Source of the DNA: Lytechinus pictus
Lineage: Eukaryota
Direction: 5' to 3'
DNA: 64,000 nt
Assembly (NCBI RefSeq): GCF_037042905.1
Contig: NC_087259.1
Location: forward strand, 30,752,001-30,816,000
Shown one piece after another: positions 39,443-52,785 of the stretch. The translations under genes were made by a program, and so were the position numbers. Below the pieces are notes generated by a model, which searched no databases, was not told where the DNA came from, and saw only the letters and a list, made by a program, of their open reading frames with translations. How positions within the stretch are numbered: position 1 is the stretch's first letter; each line of letters opens with the position of its first letter.

Positions 39443-41226
39443 GTTCTATCAGGGGAGATGGAAGTGAAATTAATTACTCAGAAATTGCTTTCAGATAACA
39501 AATGTTTATTACTATTTTGTTACCGAGATAAAGCGATGACTTATAGAATGGCGAGCATGTGAATGTCGCCAGGGATACAGATATTTAGTTTTGAGCTGTA
39601 CTCTCTCAGACAATATAATCCATGCTCACTTTATGCATCTTTAATAACATGGTCCTAGTCATGTTTTGTATTATCTATTGCATAATGTACACTGCATGAA
39701 TTGTATATTGATACTTTTATGGTTGAGTAAATTGAAATTGAAAAATACTGAAAATCTGGTGGATAATTGTATTTCCTTATATTGGGATCATAAAATTGAT
39801 TCAAAATGATATCAAATTTTATTTCATTTTTAGCACGTGCTATCTCATTTGAATAGCACATTATGATGAACGTCTGACTGAAATAAAAATGTCTTCATTT
39901 TCCGTTATCGTGTTAACTTTTTTTGGCAGACTATACATAATTTTCATTTATGCACCAGTCCATTTGATCTTTAGCAGACGATATTCACGCGCTATAAACG
40001 CTATGCAATCTTTTCGAAATGTCATCCCTTTCTGGTATTCGGTGCCACTTGCGGGGGAAACCCATCTAATACTGATAGCCACATTAATCATTCTCCAATA
40101 GAAGGGTGTCATAAAGGGTATAGGGAAGTGGTGATTAACTGTCAAGAATTGACAGTCATTTTAAAGAGACTGCTTTGTTGGCTTAATTGGTATACGAATT
40201 CAAAACTTACACACTTAATACAAGGAGGTTGTTTATATTATTGGAAGGCCCGTGTACTACAGATTTTGGCTAAATGAAATGACAGTTCCTCTGCAATAGG
40301 TTTTGATAACAATTTTTCATATCGATTTGATAAGGAACAATAATTGTCCACTGGAACAGCTAACAGAGAGTTCCGTAATTTTATTTGTTAATATAATCTG
40401 AATCTTCATGACTTATCTACATTGATAGACTAGACAACATGTATGTCGTTTACATTGAGATAATTTGACAATAATTATCAAATACACAGGCAGAATAACA
40501 ACGGAAACACTATACACATAGCTATAATTAAATACGATTTCGAAATCCCTTTTTCAAGAGTTTGTACATGCACCTGCGTATGCAACATTTCAAGAGTAGG
40601 CCGACATTATAAATGGGGCAATCTTCCCTTTTCATCAGGACCGCCCATTTTTACTATTAATGCATGCATCAATACGTTGACAAGGAAAAATGCAACAATC
40701 ACAATACTGAAGAGGGTGTCTCAACCATGGAAAAATACATTTTCTACTGTAATATTTTTTTCAAATGAGATTTGGTCTAGCGGGGATATTGTATGAGTAT
40801 ATTTTATATAATATGTTTGTGAATCCAGTTGTTTCACTTGATTGATTTGAACTCCATACTAAGTTCAATTCAATATAAATCTTTTCTATAAACTGGAAGA
40901 ATTTTTTTTTACAATTGGTCCGCAGGGGACCATTCCGCCATTGGAATTTTCATTCATATTTCTTGTCAATGATCTCAGTGTAAAAAATAAAAAGAAGAGA
41001 GTATCTTTGGCTTGAAAACAAAATTATAAAAAGTTCAAGAATAGATTGGCAAATTCGATTTACAATGTCATTTGCCCATCGCTTTAAGATCAATTTTACT
41101 AACTCCTTTATTTCCATCCAACAAAATGGCCCGACGTTGATATACAAACATAGAAGGAGTATTGCCTTGTTTCAATATTCTATTCTTAAATCTATTTTTC
41201 GATAAGTCCCAAACCATGCAATTAGT

Positions 41227-41759
41227 TATTATTATTATTATTATTACTTATTATTTGTACTGCATGCGCTTTTCCCATTAGGCCCAAAGCGCTTACAATG
41301 AATTAATTAAATGCAACATTTTAAGAACTACAAAGTACGAAAGAGATGAGTTTTTAATGACTTTTTGAAAATTGCTAATGTTGGAGACTGTCTAATTATT
41401 AGTGGCAGGTCGTTCCAGGATTTTGAAGCCGACACCGTAAAAGTTCTGTCACCAGCTAATGTACGAGTTAATGAATATGTGAGGCGAAGGTGATCACTGG
41501 CCGACCTAAGTGCTCTAGTTGGTGTATACAGATTCAAGCAGTTACTTAAATACTGTGGAGCCTGTTTATTCAGTGTTTTGTAGACAATCAAGAGTAATTT
41601 GAACGTAATTCTCTGTTTAAAAGGAAGCCAGTGAAGAGAATTAAAGAGTGGTTGGGAAGGATGATCTCGGGAAGCCTTTAAAATTAATCGTGCTGCCCAA
41701 TTTTGTAATCGTTGAATACGGATTAATTGATTAGAGGGAATTGTAGAAATTAGTTGACT
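41227..41759 (-). mobile_element. 5'-truncated L2-clade LINE 3' end
   Basis: Open frame reads RIQRLQNWAAR..SLHWLPFKQRITFKLLLIVYK..APQYLS..LRS..GDRTFTV..WNDLP..FKKSLKTHLF*. It is followed by a short 3'UTR with an AGCGC..AGCGC L2-type tail motif and (TAA)n. Confidence 0.9.
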
Positions 41760-43496
41760 TTAGATCTTGGAAATTTAGAGTATGCGTTAACTTTCAGATT
41801 GAGAGTATAATTTACTAACATACTTAAGATTTGTATTCACGATGCGTCCTAAAATTATGAGATAACTAATGGCTAAAGGCCCTTTCTGAGCATGTCCCCA
41901 TCTTGGTTTTCATCCAAAAGAATTCAAACTAAAAAAATCCTATCGATCTTTGTTTGGCACTCAAAAGTTCCTGAAGCTTCTTTTGCTCAAGACTAGTAGA
42001 TCAATACGATGCGTTCTATGCCTATCATCCAAGGTCGACTACAGGTTAATTTGATTTTAGATAAAACCATCATAATATACAAACGAGGAGAATCTGTCGA
42101 ACCCCTAGCGAGCTAGCGAACACAAATTATCATAGGAAGATATCAAATGTTTATTCAAAAACACATTGAGAACTTGTACATTCACAGGTGCAAAAACATT
42201 GAATATCTATCTTGCAAAACGAACCCCGAATGGGGGTTGTGTCCGTAACGACAATATTACCTTAATCAAACGAAAACAATACTAGATTTGCTTTCATAGA
42301 TTATGTAAACAAAATTCTACATCAACTATGAATCAACATTGTGTCGTGCTACATTAAGGAAAACCGGGTGTTATTCTTTAATAATACGGAAAAAAACACA
42401 CAGCCAGAAGGGGAAGAAAAGAAGAAGAAAGAAAATGTAAGGAAAGATATATGCTTTGTATGTGTTACTACAACAATGATCTTTTCTTTTTTTGCACGTT
42501 AGGTATAAATCAAGCTTACCTTAAGGCCAACTTGGGCCACCCTCCGAATACATAGAGAGAGAGATATATATATATATATATAAATTTATATCGTGTCGGT
42601 GCCCCGCCCCTAGATCCCGCCACAAAATGCTTAAGGATTGTTATACATACAACCCTAACGTATTTTCTTTTACTCTGTATTTATGTGTTAACTTAATTTC
42701 TTCTATTATTTGAAAAATAACTTCAATATATTCACAGGATTGGTATAAAAATGAACATTATGTATGATTTTTTTACAAAACAATCAAAGTAGGTGACGAA
42801 ATACATCCTACAAAGTGCATGTACGATCTGTCGTATATATCCGCATCACCTGTTTAAACACTTAACATTAGTAGACCCCTTTTAGACAGTTTAATAACCC
42901 GACCATCTGTGCCAGCGTCTACAGTGTTACCATGGCAATGCTGACATATCATCGACTGGCAAAACAAACACTGCAACATTATGCGTATTTCATGGATGAT
43001 GTTTCATAGAATAGACATTCAATAGAATGGATAGTAGAATGGATAGTATAAAATGACTAAAACTAATCGATGTTACGAACAAAAACGTAGCCTAAAGAAC
43101 TCCGCTGATTAATCCTAATGCACTGATTCAAGTCAATAATTCATTGATAATGTGAGAGAAAGGAATGGTGTGGTTTTTATCAAGGGCACATTAAATCGAA
43201 CTTAAAGTTCGACGCTCTTCAAATCATGTTTGGTCGGTCGGATCATGGACCGAATCCAAGGGTGTGGATCATCAAGATTTGTTAATAGAAATAATAGTTT
43301 ACCACAAAATGGAAATATGTACAGTAGAAAGTAAATATGTAATACATGAGAACATACCGATATAATCCAGTCACAAAATAATTAACATTGTTAAGATTTT
43401 CCATTGTCAGAGAGGAGGTAAAAAGAACTAGAAGTTAAGATGAGTTAAGCTTGGTTCCCAGCATGCCTTGTCAGCCAGTCTCCCTTTGGGTATGAC

Positions 43497-43523
43497 CATG
43501 GACCTATTACCTCCATCTCCTTG
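43497..43523. mobile_element. 27-bp CATGGA-type remnant (putative footprint)
   Basis: CATGGACCTATT..TCCTTG between a perfect 7-bp TSD GTATGAC (43490-43496, 43524-43530). Confidence 0.65.
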
Positions 43524-44273
43524 GTATGACAAAAAATGTGAATGTGAAGGGAGAAACTCTGTTTCAGTCCCAGGAGCAAGTGGTTCCACCCCGTAATTTG
43601 GCCTGGGCTTACTGTCATTTCCCTCTACTTCTTATCGATTGATAAAGCCTCCAAATTGACAGATTTCATGATGATGATGATGATGAATACTGGAACGAAT
43701 GACCTTAGATTACATACAGTAATTTTACTTATGTTGTCTGTTATGGTTTTATTAACTCACTTCCTTTATTATTTCCTTTAGCCCCCAACACGGATTTTAG
43801 AATTGTGTAAATTTATAATCAACTGCATGGTTTGTCATAAGAACTTTCTTCTATTTATTTTTTCAATTATGTTTTATAATCTGGTTAATATGGTGGGCCA
43901 CTCTTTCACGGTAACATCAGGCCTAAAAGTAAAATGCAACCGCTCACGATGAAGATGTTCGTCATGAGACGAATTCGAACTCAGTACTACCATTTCCCGT
44001 TTAGTTGTAGATTTCAGAGGCAATATCATTGGGATAGTATCTCCTTGGCAATATCTTAATTTATGCATGTTAACCATGTTTAGATGAATGACCAGGGGCT
44101 TTGATTCCTGGTCGTGAATGAAAATCATCATCAGTATGGTGTTAGGGATTTGCAGACGTGCAGCCAATGCTGCTGGATGTGTATGGGTAAGCCAGTAAAT
44201 GCCATAGACCAAATCTCATACGAACCGACATATTTATTTCAATATAGATATTTAAATGTGATGAATTTCTTAC

Positions 44274-44357
44274 CTGTTGTTTAGTCTTTTCGCCTTTATA
44301 TCGGCCTATTACGTCCGAGTCTGGCGAGTGCATCATTCGTTGACTAATATCCTTCAT
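44274..44357 (-). CDS. Probable first coding exon of the coiled-coil gene (MKDISQRMMHSPDSDVIGRYKGEKTKQQ)
   Basis: ATG with A at -3 and an upstream in-frame stop at 44475-44477. Strong phase-0 donor CAG|GTAAGA at 44274/44273 matches the phase-0 acceptor at 18077, and EKTKQQ|LESEVKLL continues a helical pattern. Confidence 0.55.
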
Positions 44358-44869
44358 AGTGCAACAAAGCACCCGAAACTCCCCCGGTACAACGACCGTG
44401 TCCGTCCCCCCTGAGTAAATAATATTGCTTCGCAGTTTTGATTTAAATGCTCTTGAAAATGTGATTTGATCTGCTCAAATCACGGGAACGCGATACATCA
44501 AGGTTCGACAGAATGTCAGATATATAAATTTTCCAGTGATCAGATAAAAGTTTGATCATGAAGAATCACAGAAGAAAAAAAAATCAGTTAATAAATATCA
44601 CGAATCTGCAGGATTCCAGCCCAGGGTCACGATTCAGGATTCATGGGTCACGAAAACTTCTCATAGAGTCGTCTGCTAAAAGATTCAACGAAAACAGTCA
44701 TTTCCCGCGCTCTGTACATTTATGAAATTGCATTAACATCAACATCTCTTCACTCCCTAGCTTTCCTAAGTATAGAAACACATCTTCAACAGTTTGAGTT
44801 GAAAATAGTTCATTATACGTTCAGTTTATTCCATGGAATCCACACAAAGTAGCATCGTTCGTCCAGCTG

Positions 44870-45110
44870 AGCCGTTGAATGAAATAGTTTGTAGCCAGAA
44901 TAAGCTGGCGTGCAAGCTCTGCATGCACGCCAACGACATGGAACATTGGTTCCGCACGCACACTAAGCGCTGACGTGCACTCTGTAATGGTTGCTTTCTT
45001 CTGAAGAAGTACAGCAACCATTTCTCTTGTCTCTTTTTAAGAGGCTTTGTAGACATCTCCTTGTATTCATTATGGGGTCCTGTTCTGTTGAAAATTGGTG
45101 ATTGTTTACC
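44870..45110 (-). promoter_or_regulatory. Candidate promoter of the coiled-coil gene
   Basis: CpG-rich, repeat-free segment with CCAAT boxes (44945-44949, 45094-45098), CRE-like TGACGTG (44971-44977) and Inr-like TTCATTC (44877-44883), about 520 bp upstream of the ATG. Confidence 0.4.
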
Positions 45111-45985
45111 AAAGCAAGGGGCATTCTGATTGATTTATGGTCCAATGATCTGTCTAGTTTAACCTAATCGGATGTATGATGTCAAGCGGGTGGGATAATA
45201 GAACACACAATGAAATGAGATGATGTAAGTGGATTTAGAATGTTTAGATTCTTAAAAGCCTAACTATTACCTTGACCGTGACGTAAAATGGCATAGTGTT
45301 TACATAACAACATGACTAAACTCCACCCATGATTATATATTGGAAGTTCAAAGACACGTTCCAACGTATAGGCCTATAAGCTGACTTATATTGATTGCAT
45401 AATGGCGTTTCTTGAGCTTGGAAACCGAAAATAGATACATATTTGAAATGTGTATGTATATGCCTGATGTGCGGAAAAGATATTTCCATGCAGTACAAAA
45501 AAATAATTATTTTTCCATTTAATTTTACCGCCATGGAACCTAAATTAATTTCTTTCACACTTTCATCATGTTCATGATGATGTAAAAATAAAAATGATAT
45601 TTTGCGATCTCCCAAAAAAATTAGGCTTTCCAACATGAGTCGTTCGTTTATAATATGCATAAGAGATTATTTGCTCTATCAACCAAAATGTTGTAAAATA
45701 CGAGCAGCGGTTTTGCAGAAAAGGAGTTTAACTTGTTTGGATTCATAATCCCAGCATACATAGGCTTCTTTTTCTTTCTTTGTCGTCTGATCGTCAAACT
45801 GGTGCTGAAATTGTGTTACATTCGGGGCATGGTCGTCCGCCCTATAAGACTTTTCTAGGAATAAAAATAGGGGAACGTAGAGTTAAGAAATAACAAGAGA
45901 AAAGGCAATGATTAGTCTAGTAACTATTCGATACCCCTATCATATTCCAATTTTCATTTAAAATTTATAGCAAACTCACCTTTAA

Positions 45986-46589
45986 AGGACAAGTCCACCC
46001 CGACAAAAAGTTGATTTGAATAAAAAGAGAAAAATCCAACAAGCACAACACTGAAAATTTCATCAAAATCGGATGTAAAATAAGAAAGTTATGACATTTT
46101 AAAGTTTCGCTTCATTTCACAAAACAGTTATATGCACATCTCGGTCGGTATGCAAACGAGGGAACTGATGACATCACTCACTCACTATTTCTTTTGTATT
46201 TTATTATATGAAATATGAAATATTTTGATTTTCTCGTCATTGTCATGTGAAATGAAGTTTCATTCTTCCCTGAACACGTGGAATTCCATTATTCTAACAT
46301 TTTGTGCTTCAGGCAAGGAGGTCCTAATCATCAAATTCGTAAAAATTGAAATATTGTATAATTCAAACAATAAAAAATAAAAAGAAATAGTGAGTGAGTG
46401 ACATCATCGACTCTCTCATTTGGATGTAACTGGCTCGTTCATATAACTATTTTGTTAAAAATAAGCGAAACTTTGAAATGTCGTAATTTTCTTATTTTAC
46501 ACCCGATTTTGATGAAATTTTCAGCATTGTGCTTGTCTGATTTTTCTCTCTTGATTCAAATCAACATTTTTCTGAGGTGGACTTGACCT
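45986..46589 (+). mobile_element. MITE family A copy 3 (distinct subfamily interior)
   Basis: TTAA|AGGACAAGTCCACCCC ... GGTGGACTTGACCT|TTAA. Confidence 0.9.
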
Positions 46590-48194
46590 TTAAGTCACAA
46601 CTGACCCCATCAGAATATCCTGGCATGCCGCATCTGTTTGCATTATTTTTTATATGTTCTAGCATTTTTCACAGTCCCATTTAAGGAACCTCTGGTGGGG
46701 AAGGGGGCAAAATCATGGCTATTTTTTTTTTTTTTTGCATTGTCCCTCCCCACATTCCACTATTACATTGTTGTGCCCCTCACATACTGATTCTGTAGCT
46801 GTATACTCCTTTCAGCGACGGGGGAAGGGGGGAGGCTGGGGGCTGTACATACTTGAGACACCAACTGTAAATATTTCGTGAGCTTAAAACCAGCAATTAA
46901 ACCCTCCTTGAGTATAGATTTTAAAGTAAATAATTGAAAGTATTAAATCTTGTACAAATCCGGGAGGGAAACCTGTGTTGTGATCACGTATTTGGTTTAT
47001 AGGTTTCTTATTGATAAACAACGGAATAGAAAGGTGAGCAGACGAATTTCTTAGGGATTTTATGCAGATTAAAAAGCGCGCCATAATCGTGACAAATTTC
47101 CATCGTCTTTAAGACACCTCCGACGGAAGAAATGGACGTAATTAAGTGTGGATCAAGAAAGGAGGTCTAACCTTACATGGTATCAAACTTAAAGCGAGAT
47201 TAGAAAGAAATAGAGAACATTGCATTTCATTCATTTTCCCAATAGTGTTAGATAATCACTTCTTAATAGGCCTGCACGACAAATTAATTGTTGTGTCAAT
47301 CTTTAATGATGTATGTTGAGATGTTAATATAACATACTTCCATTCTATACATGCTCTACAATTTTAACAACTGAGACAATTATTAAAAAGATATTCCTTT
47401 TTTGTTAAAGATAAAGTAAATTAAAGATTTTCAGTGTAACACAATAATAACAGGTTACTGTGTCCAGTAGTATAGGCCTGTAATCATCCACTGTTATTTT
47501 TATTTGAATAAAAAAGAACATGGGTTCATTTTTCATAATAATGACCATGTTAGCAAAAAAACAGTATTGTCATTGACCTGGTTACTATACCATGGACCTA
47601 TACCACATGAACATACTAACTATATTCTGAGGACTATGCAGGGTTACTATTCATTGAGCGAATATCGAGAGATAATAACTTGATTGAAAATTAGTCACAA
47701 TGTATCATCGATCAATCAATGAAAAAAGGTTATTATGCAGCCAGACATTAATGTCACATCAATCTCGAGCTCAGATACTAATCGAAATTTAGGGGATGAT
47801 CTCTAAATTGATTCTTGAATGTAGTTCTACAATGAGGCACTAGTGATCTGGTCATTATAAATTGTATATTCATTATAGGATCATTCAGTATATTGCAAAA
47901 GAATTTGAAAGGCCTCATGCACTATTCTTAAACATAGACCTACCTGTATTAATAAAACATATTAAAAATCTGAATATACATTAATCTTTTTATTTTTTTA
48001 ATGCAGTCCTCTGTCCTTCAATTATTATCTTTTTTTTACATCTTTGTCGATTTGTATCATTATACATCCACACCCCCAAAGACTATAAGAGGGGGGGGGG
48101 GCAAGTTCTAATACTGACATGACTGAAGGGAAAAATAGAAGAAGAATATACAAACATGGCGAAGGGGGAAGGGTTAAAACCAAAATTAATATTT

Positions 48195-48388
48195 GGATTA
48201 TTATTATTATTTCATTTTGAAAACTATTTTTCGCTAGCAACATATTATTATTATTATTGTTATTACTATTATTATTATCATCATCATCATTTTTATCATT
48301 ATTAATGATAATAATATTATTATAATAATAATTATTATTATCATTATCATCATCATCATCATCATCATCATTATTATCATCATTATTG
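48195..48388. repeat. Compound (ATT)n/(ATC)n microsatellite
   Basis: Direct reading. Confidence 0.85.
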
Positions 48389-48645
48389 AAACACTATGTT
48401 CAGCCCTAGAGGTGGAGCTATACAGGGGACAGGAGGCGACCGCTCCTTATGGTTTTCAAGTCGTGGGGAAAAGAGGAAGAAAAAAGACGAAAAGGTGAAG
48501 AAATGAAAGAAAAAACAAAGATGAGCATAAAAGAATGTGGTATAATTTAGGTAGCTCTATATCAACCCTGTAAAAAAAGGCACCCCCGTCTATCAATAGT
48601 CGCTGCCATCGCCCCTGATCAGCCACCCCAATGCTTAGACTCATT

Positions 48646-48955
48646 GGCCCGTATTCTGAAGTCGGGTTTAATTTACTCTGGTTTTAAGTTGTGGTTTAAC
48701 TATGGATAGCCAATTATTACATAAATCTCTAACAGTAGAGGTTCAATGTGTCAGCTCATTTGACTCCCAAAACATTATTAACTGCCTGGGAAGGATAAGT
48801 ATAACAGTTGTCTTCACCATTAAAGAATTAGTAAAGAGCACAGTAAACATGAGAAGCATTCACCGTAAACAAAATTTTGAAACGTTTGGCTTCCCATAAT
48901 TTTAGCATAGAGTTAGACCATGGTCTAAGCTAAACCCGACTTCAGAATACGGGCC
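48646..48955. mobile_element. MITE with 25-bp perfect TIR and 3-bp TSD (Harbinger-like)
   Basis: GGCCCGTATTCTGAAGTCGGGTTTA / TAAACCCGACTTCAGAATACGGGCC with TSD ATT. Confidence 0.88.
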
Positions 48956-48974
48956 ATTGTGTCACTGCATTTTA

Positions 48975-49162
48975 ATTTCATTTCATTTATTGGTTTCTGC
49001 AACACTTTTTCATAAACACACATTAACAAAGAAAATACAATAATAATATACGTATAACTGACAAGCAAAACATTGAACAAAATTGCATTTTCTATTAATA
49101 CATATCGATTTTTAGAAGCAGGGGTTGCCACTATAAGCTAAGCTTGACTGCGTGGCAACCCC
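48975..49162 (-). mobile_element. LINE/SINE 3' tail remnant with stem-loop
   Basis: 11-bp stem GGGGTTGCCAC (49121-49131) / GTGGCAACCCC (49152-49162), then AATAAA and a (TGAAA)n tail on the minus strand. Confidence 0.5.
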
Positions 49163-51143
49163 ATATAATTTTGCACCGGGACGTTGTTTGGAGATTAGTA
49201 GCTCTTGCTAAAAAAAAATTCAGATACGTACATGAAGCAAATCGTCAAAAAAAATATTTGATAAACGTGGATTGAAATGAAAGGATCATAGTATGTAGGC
49301 CTAATTATAACGTTAGAAGGCTTCACAGATTGGTAAAGCTAAATCGATAGCTATTATGGTCTGTATCTAACCGAAAAAAGTTTTAATACTATACTATAGG
49401 TCTCTAATTTCTTTTATTCAGGTAATAATTTCACTACGCCACTAGACTCGTTCTATATCTAAAGGATCTTTAGTTAGAATGGCGTTCTGATTTCCATTAC
49501 TGCTCGTCTGATCATATAAAACTTGTGTAATTTTTGTAATCTACAAGACTACAATTATGTCTTTCTTTGATCTATGTATTGAAGCATATTCTCAAATAAG
49601 GCTGGCGTTACGTCAGGGATGAGTTTGGAATATTCTATAAACATAGGTCACATATAGGGATTAATATCTCTTATAGCATATACATTTCGAAAAAAAAGTG
49701 ACAGAACATGGATTATAATTTGGGCATCCAGCTATTCGACAGTAATCCAGTTTAAATAAATAAAGCTCAACATAATATTCGACACCCTCTCTAGATTAGA
49801 TTTAGGCCCTTTGTAAAATATGAAATATTCAATTCATCATTATATCGCATTCCTTTGCCCTCATTACCCGTGATGCTCCACTCAGCTATTAGGCAAAAGA
49901 GAACGAAATCCATTATGTAAAAAAGGGAATTATATTTATAAAAAAAAGGTGGACAGAAAAGCTAATTACCCGATGCCCCCTCCACAACAACGACAACAAA
50001 AAAAGAATTAAATGGAAACTACGAGATTACATTTGGCATGTTGGCGAGCGAAAAAAAAATCAACCAACAAAAATGGGAAACAAACTGTTATTGATTATTG
50101 GATGGGGTGACCTGGAACAACGGGCCTCTTCTTCATCATTTTTATTATTAGGCGTGTCCTGTGATGGCTAGCTTTACAAGAGCGATCAACATCTAAACAA
50201 TAATAATTTATTATCCAAATCGCTGGTACCTCCCCGATGCCACCGTTTTATTGATTAAAATTGAGCAATTTCGAGATACGATTTGATAAAACACCTCAAC
50301 CGAGAAATACAATAAATATGATAAATAATTAACCCTTTTCAATTTGTCAGGTTTTGATGACGACCGACCTTGTTTTTTAGTTTGTCCCTATTGTTAATTA
50401 GAATCTAGGATTCCGATATAACACAAATGAGTGATCATGCAATAAAGCGTTGAAGAATATTGTATTGTGAAATTATTGCTATTGATGTATCAATGAATTT
50501 ATGATTTAGTCGGAGCGGATGTCATTTATATGTGTCATTTAATGATGACAGCTGAGATGGAACAATATTTTAGGTTAAGTTCAGAAGTTGGAGACATATA
50601 TATGATACGAAACAAATTGGTATAGATATACCGAAACCCATCTTTGTTAGGAAACTCTCACCATAATAATGATATTATTTTCTTGATGCTCGTTTCATCA
50701 AATGAAATTTTAATAAATGATGTACCTCCAAGTACCTTCATTAAAAAGGGTATTAGAATGGTGAATCTTTAGTTTCTGTTGGAAACACTGTACGAAACTG
50801 TAAAATTAGAAACGATGTTTGTTCTATTATAATGTATGAGGGAAGAACATGTTTTCCCCTTTTAATTTCATTGCAATCATCTTAATTTTAATGAATAAAA
50901 ATGATCACATCCAAAAATCACAAAAACATCATCGATAAAACCCCGGTTGAATCGATACAACACACATCTACAGTATTGACATATCCAACTGCCTACACTC
51001 ATAATGAGAACATTTAATTAAACACATTCGACACTTAAGTTATCGTCCACTGCTTAGGGGCAAGCAATTTAAATGTGCCTTCAGTAACACTTTTCAGTTT
51101 TCAGTGCTAACAACTCTGATTTTGCCGCATATAAAGGTATTAG

Positions 51144-51171
51144 CATGGAGCTATGTGTTGATAGCTCCATG
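51144..51171. mobile_element. 28-bp CATGGA-type palindrome with 7-bp TSD and a local empty-site paralog
   Basis: GTATTAG-CATGGAGCTAT-GTGTTG-ATAGCTCCATG-GTATTAG. The same flanks without the insert occur at ~50744-50795. Confidence 0.88.
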
Positions 51172-51848
51172 GTATTAGAATGGTTAATCTTGAGTTTCTT
51201 TTGGAAGCACTGTACAAGAAATACGAAATCCTTGCCCAGGGTGGTTTTCCTCCTACTGAATTTCTTTTATTTGGATCAATAAAGCCATGTTTGCTAAGGT
51301 TAATATTTGCAGACGTAATTTGTAAGGACGGTTATTTTGTATGTTCACATTTATCCTCTAGTTGTAATGCGTTTAACACTTACCCGAAGGCGTATCGACG
51401 TAAGGTTTTATCTCTCCCAATTTTCCCACTTCTCTTTACTTTTCTCTTTCCTTATTTCCTCCTAGCTCCCCCATCCTCTCTCTCCCTCCGACCAGACACG
51501 GACCAGGGCTTCTCTCTATATCTTGATTTAAATGTATAGGCCTATAGTTTCCCTTTCTCTTACATACTCTCTCATCCCACTTATTACTCTCCATCCCCTT
51601 GCTTACCCCCCCCCCCCCCCCTCTCTACTACGAAGACGTATAATAGGATGTAATTCTCCTTTCCATTCATTAACGTATGGAATCCAGTACATCTCTGTTT
51701 ACACAAGTTAACAAATTATTCTTCGGTTCAAAAGCAACAAGTAAAGGAAATACTACATGTACCTGTTTTAAAGCCGTTTCCCAAGAGAGAGAGTCATGCA
51801 AAGAAATAATTTCCCCCGATCTAACATACAGTAATTAAAAGCCCTTAA

Positions 51849-52785
51849 GGACGTTCCACAGTTAAAGTGAAATCCATGTCATTTTCACCAAACTTTGCAC
51901 ATAGATACCTTAGAAGCTGAATATTCGAAATATTCAAAAATTAACATAGGTCCATGTGCTTGATTTTTTGCTATAGAGCTTCAAAGTTCACCCAAATGGA
52001 TGTTCTTAAGAATTGCGCATTCAAAAGAATTTGGCATTTTTAGACCTCGCAAGATCACTACAATGAGTTTAAACCTCTATTACTCAGTCAGAATACATGA
52101 AAAAGTCATCAAATTTCGCAGGAGAGTGAATTATTGTATCGTTAGAATGGAGAATCTATTTATAGTGCTATTTGTTTGCAATTTTAAGTCTAACAGCACT
52201 GTCAGTTCTTAAAAATGACGTAAAAGATAACAAAAACCCAATCTGAAAAATGTGAAATTTCAATAACAAACTACAAAAAAAACAATAAATGCTGCACTTT
52301 ATTCAAAATCCATGTCATTTTCACCAAAATTTGCAAAGTTGTAGAGGAAGGTATACCTAAGAGGTGCAACTATTAAAAATTAGGGGTTCATGTGCTTGTT
52401 TTCAAACTATCAGCATTTTTATTAGAGCAAATGTGCTTTTTGAAACACCAAAAATGCGCCAAATGCTTTGTATCTATGTGAAGAAAAAATCAAAACCACT
52501 CTACCATTTATTCAAACTCGGGGTCATATTCGTGATTCTTGGCAGCACTGCAGAGTAAAGTATTTTGAAATTGTAGAGATATTTTTAAAAATGGTCCATG
52601 GAATAATTCAATTTTTTTAGCTTCATGAAATAACGCATCGGATCTGCAGTTAGAGTGCATATGATGAGAAAAATCAGCTCATAACCACAACTAATTAATC
52701 ACCTGTTCATCCATTGTGACGTCAGCGCGCAGAGTGTAAAATATGCGCAGATCAGAATGCGCACAAACATAACTGTGGAACGTCC
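51849..52785. mobile_element. Non-autonomous TTAA element (Kolobok-like), 16-bp perfect TIR
   Basis: TTAA|GGACGTTCCACAGTTA ... TAACTGTGGAACGTCC|TTAA. Internal direct repeat AAATCCATGTCATTTTCACCAAA at ~51870 and ~52306. Confidence 0.9.

Noticed and set aside
47591-47638. Additional P-like footprints (47591 CATGGACC..GGACTATG; 42551 CATAGAGA; 53521 ..GGTCTATG; 61153 CACTGAAC)
   Set aside because: One end or the TSD is too degenerate to call.
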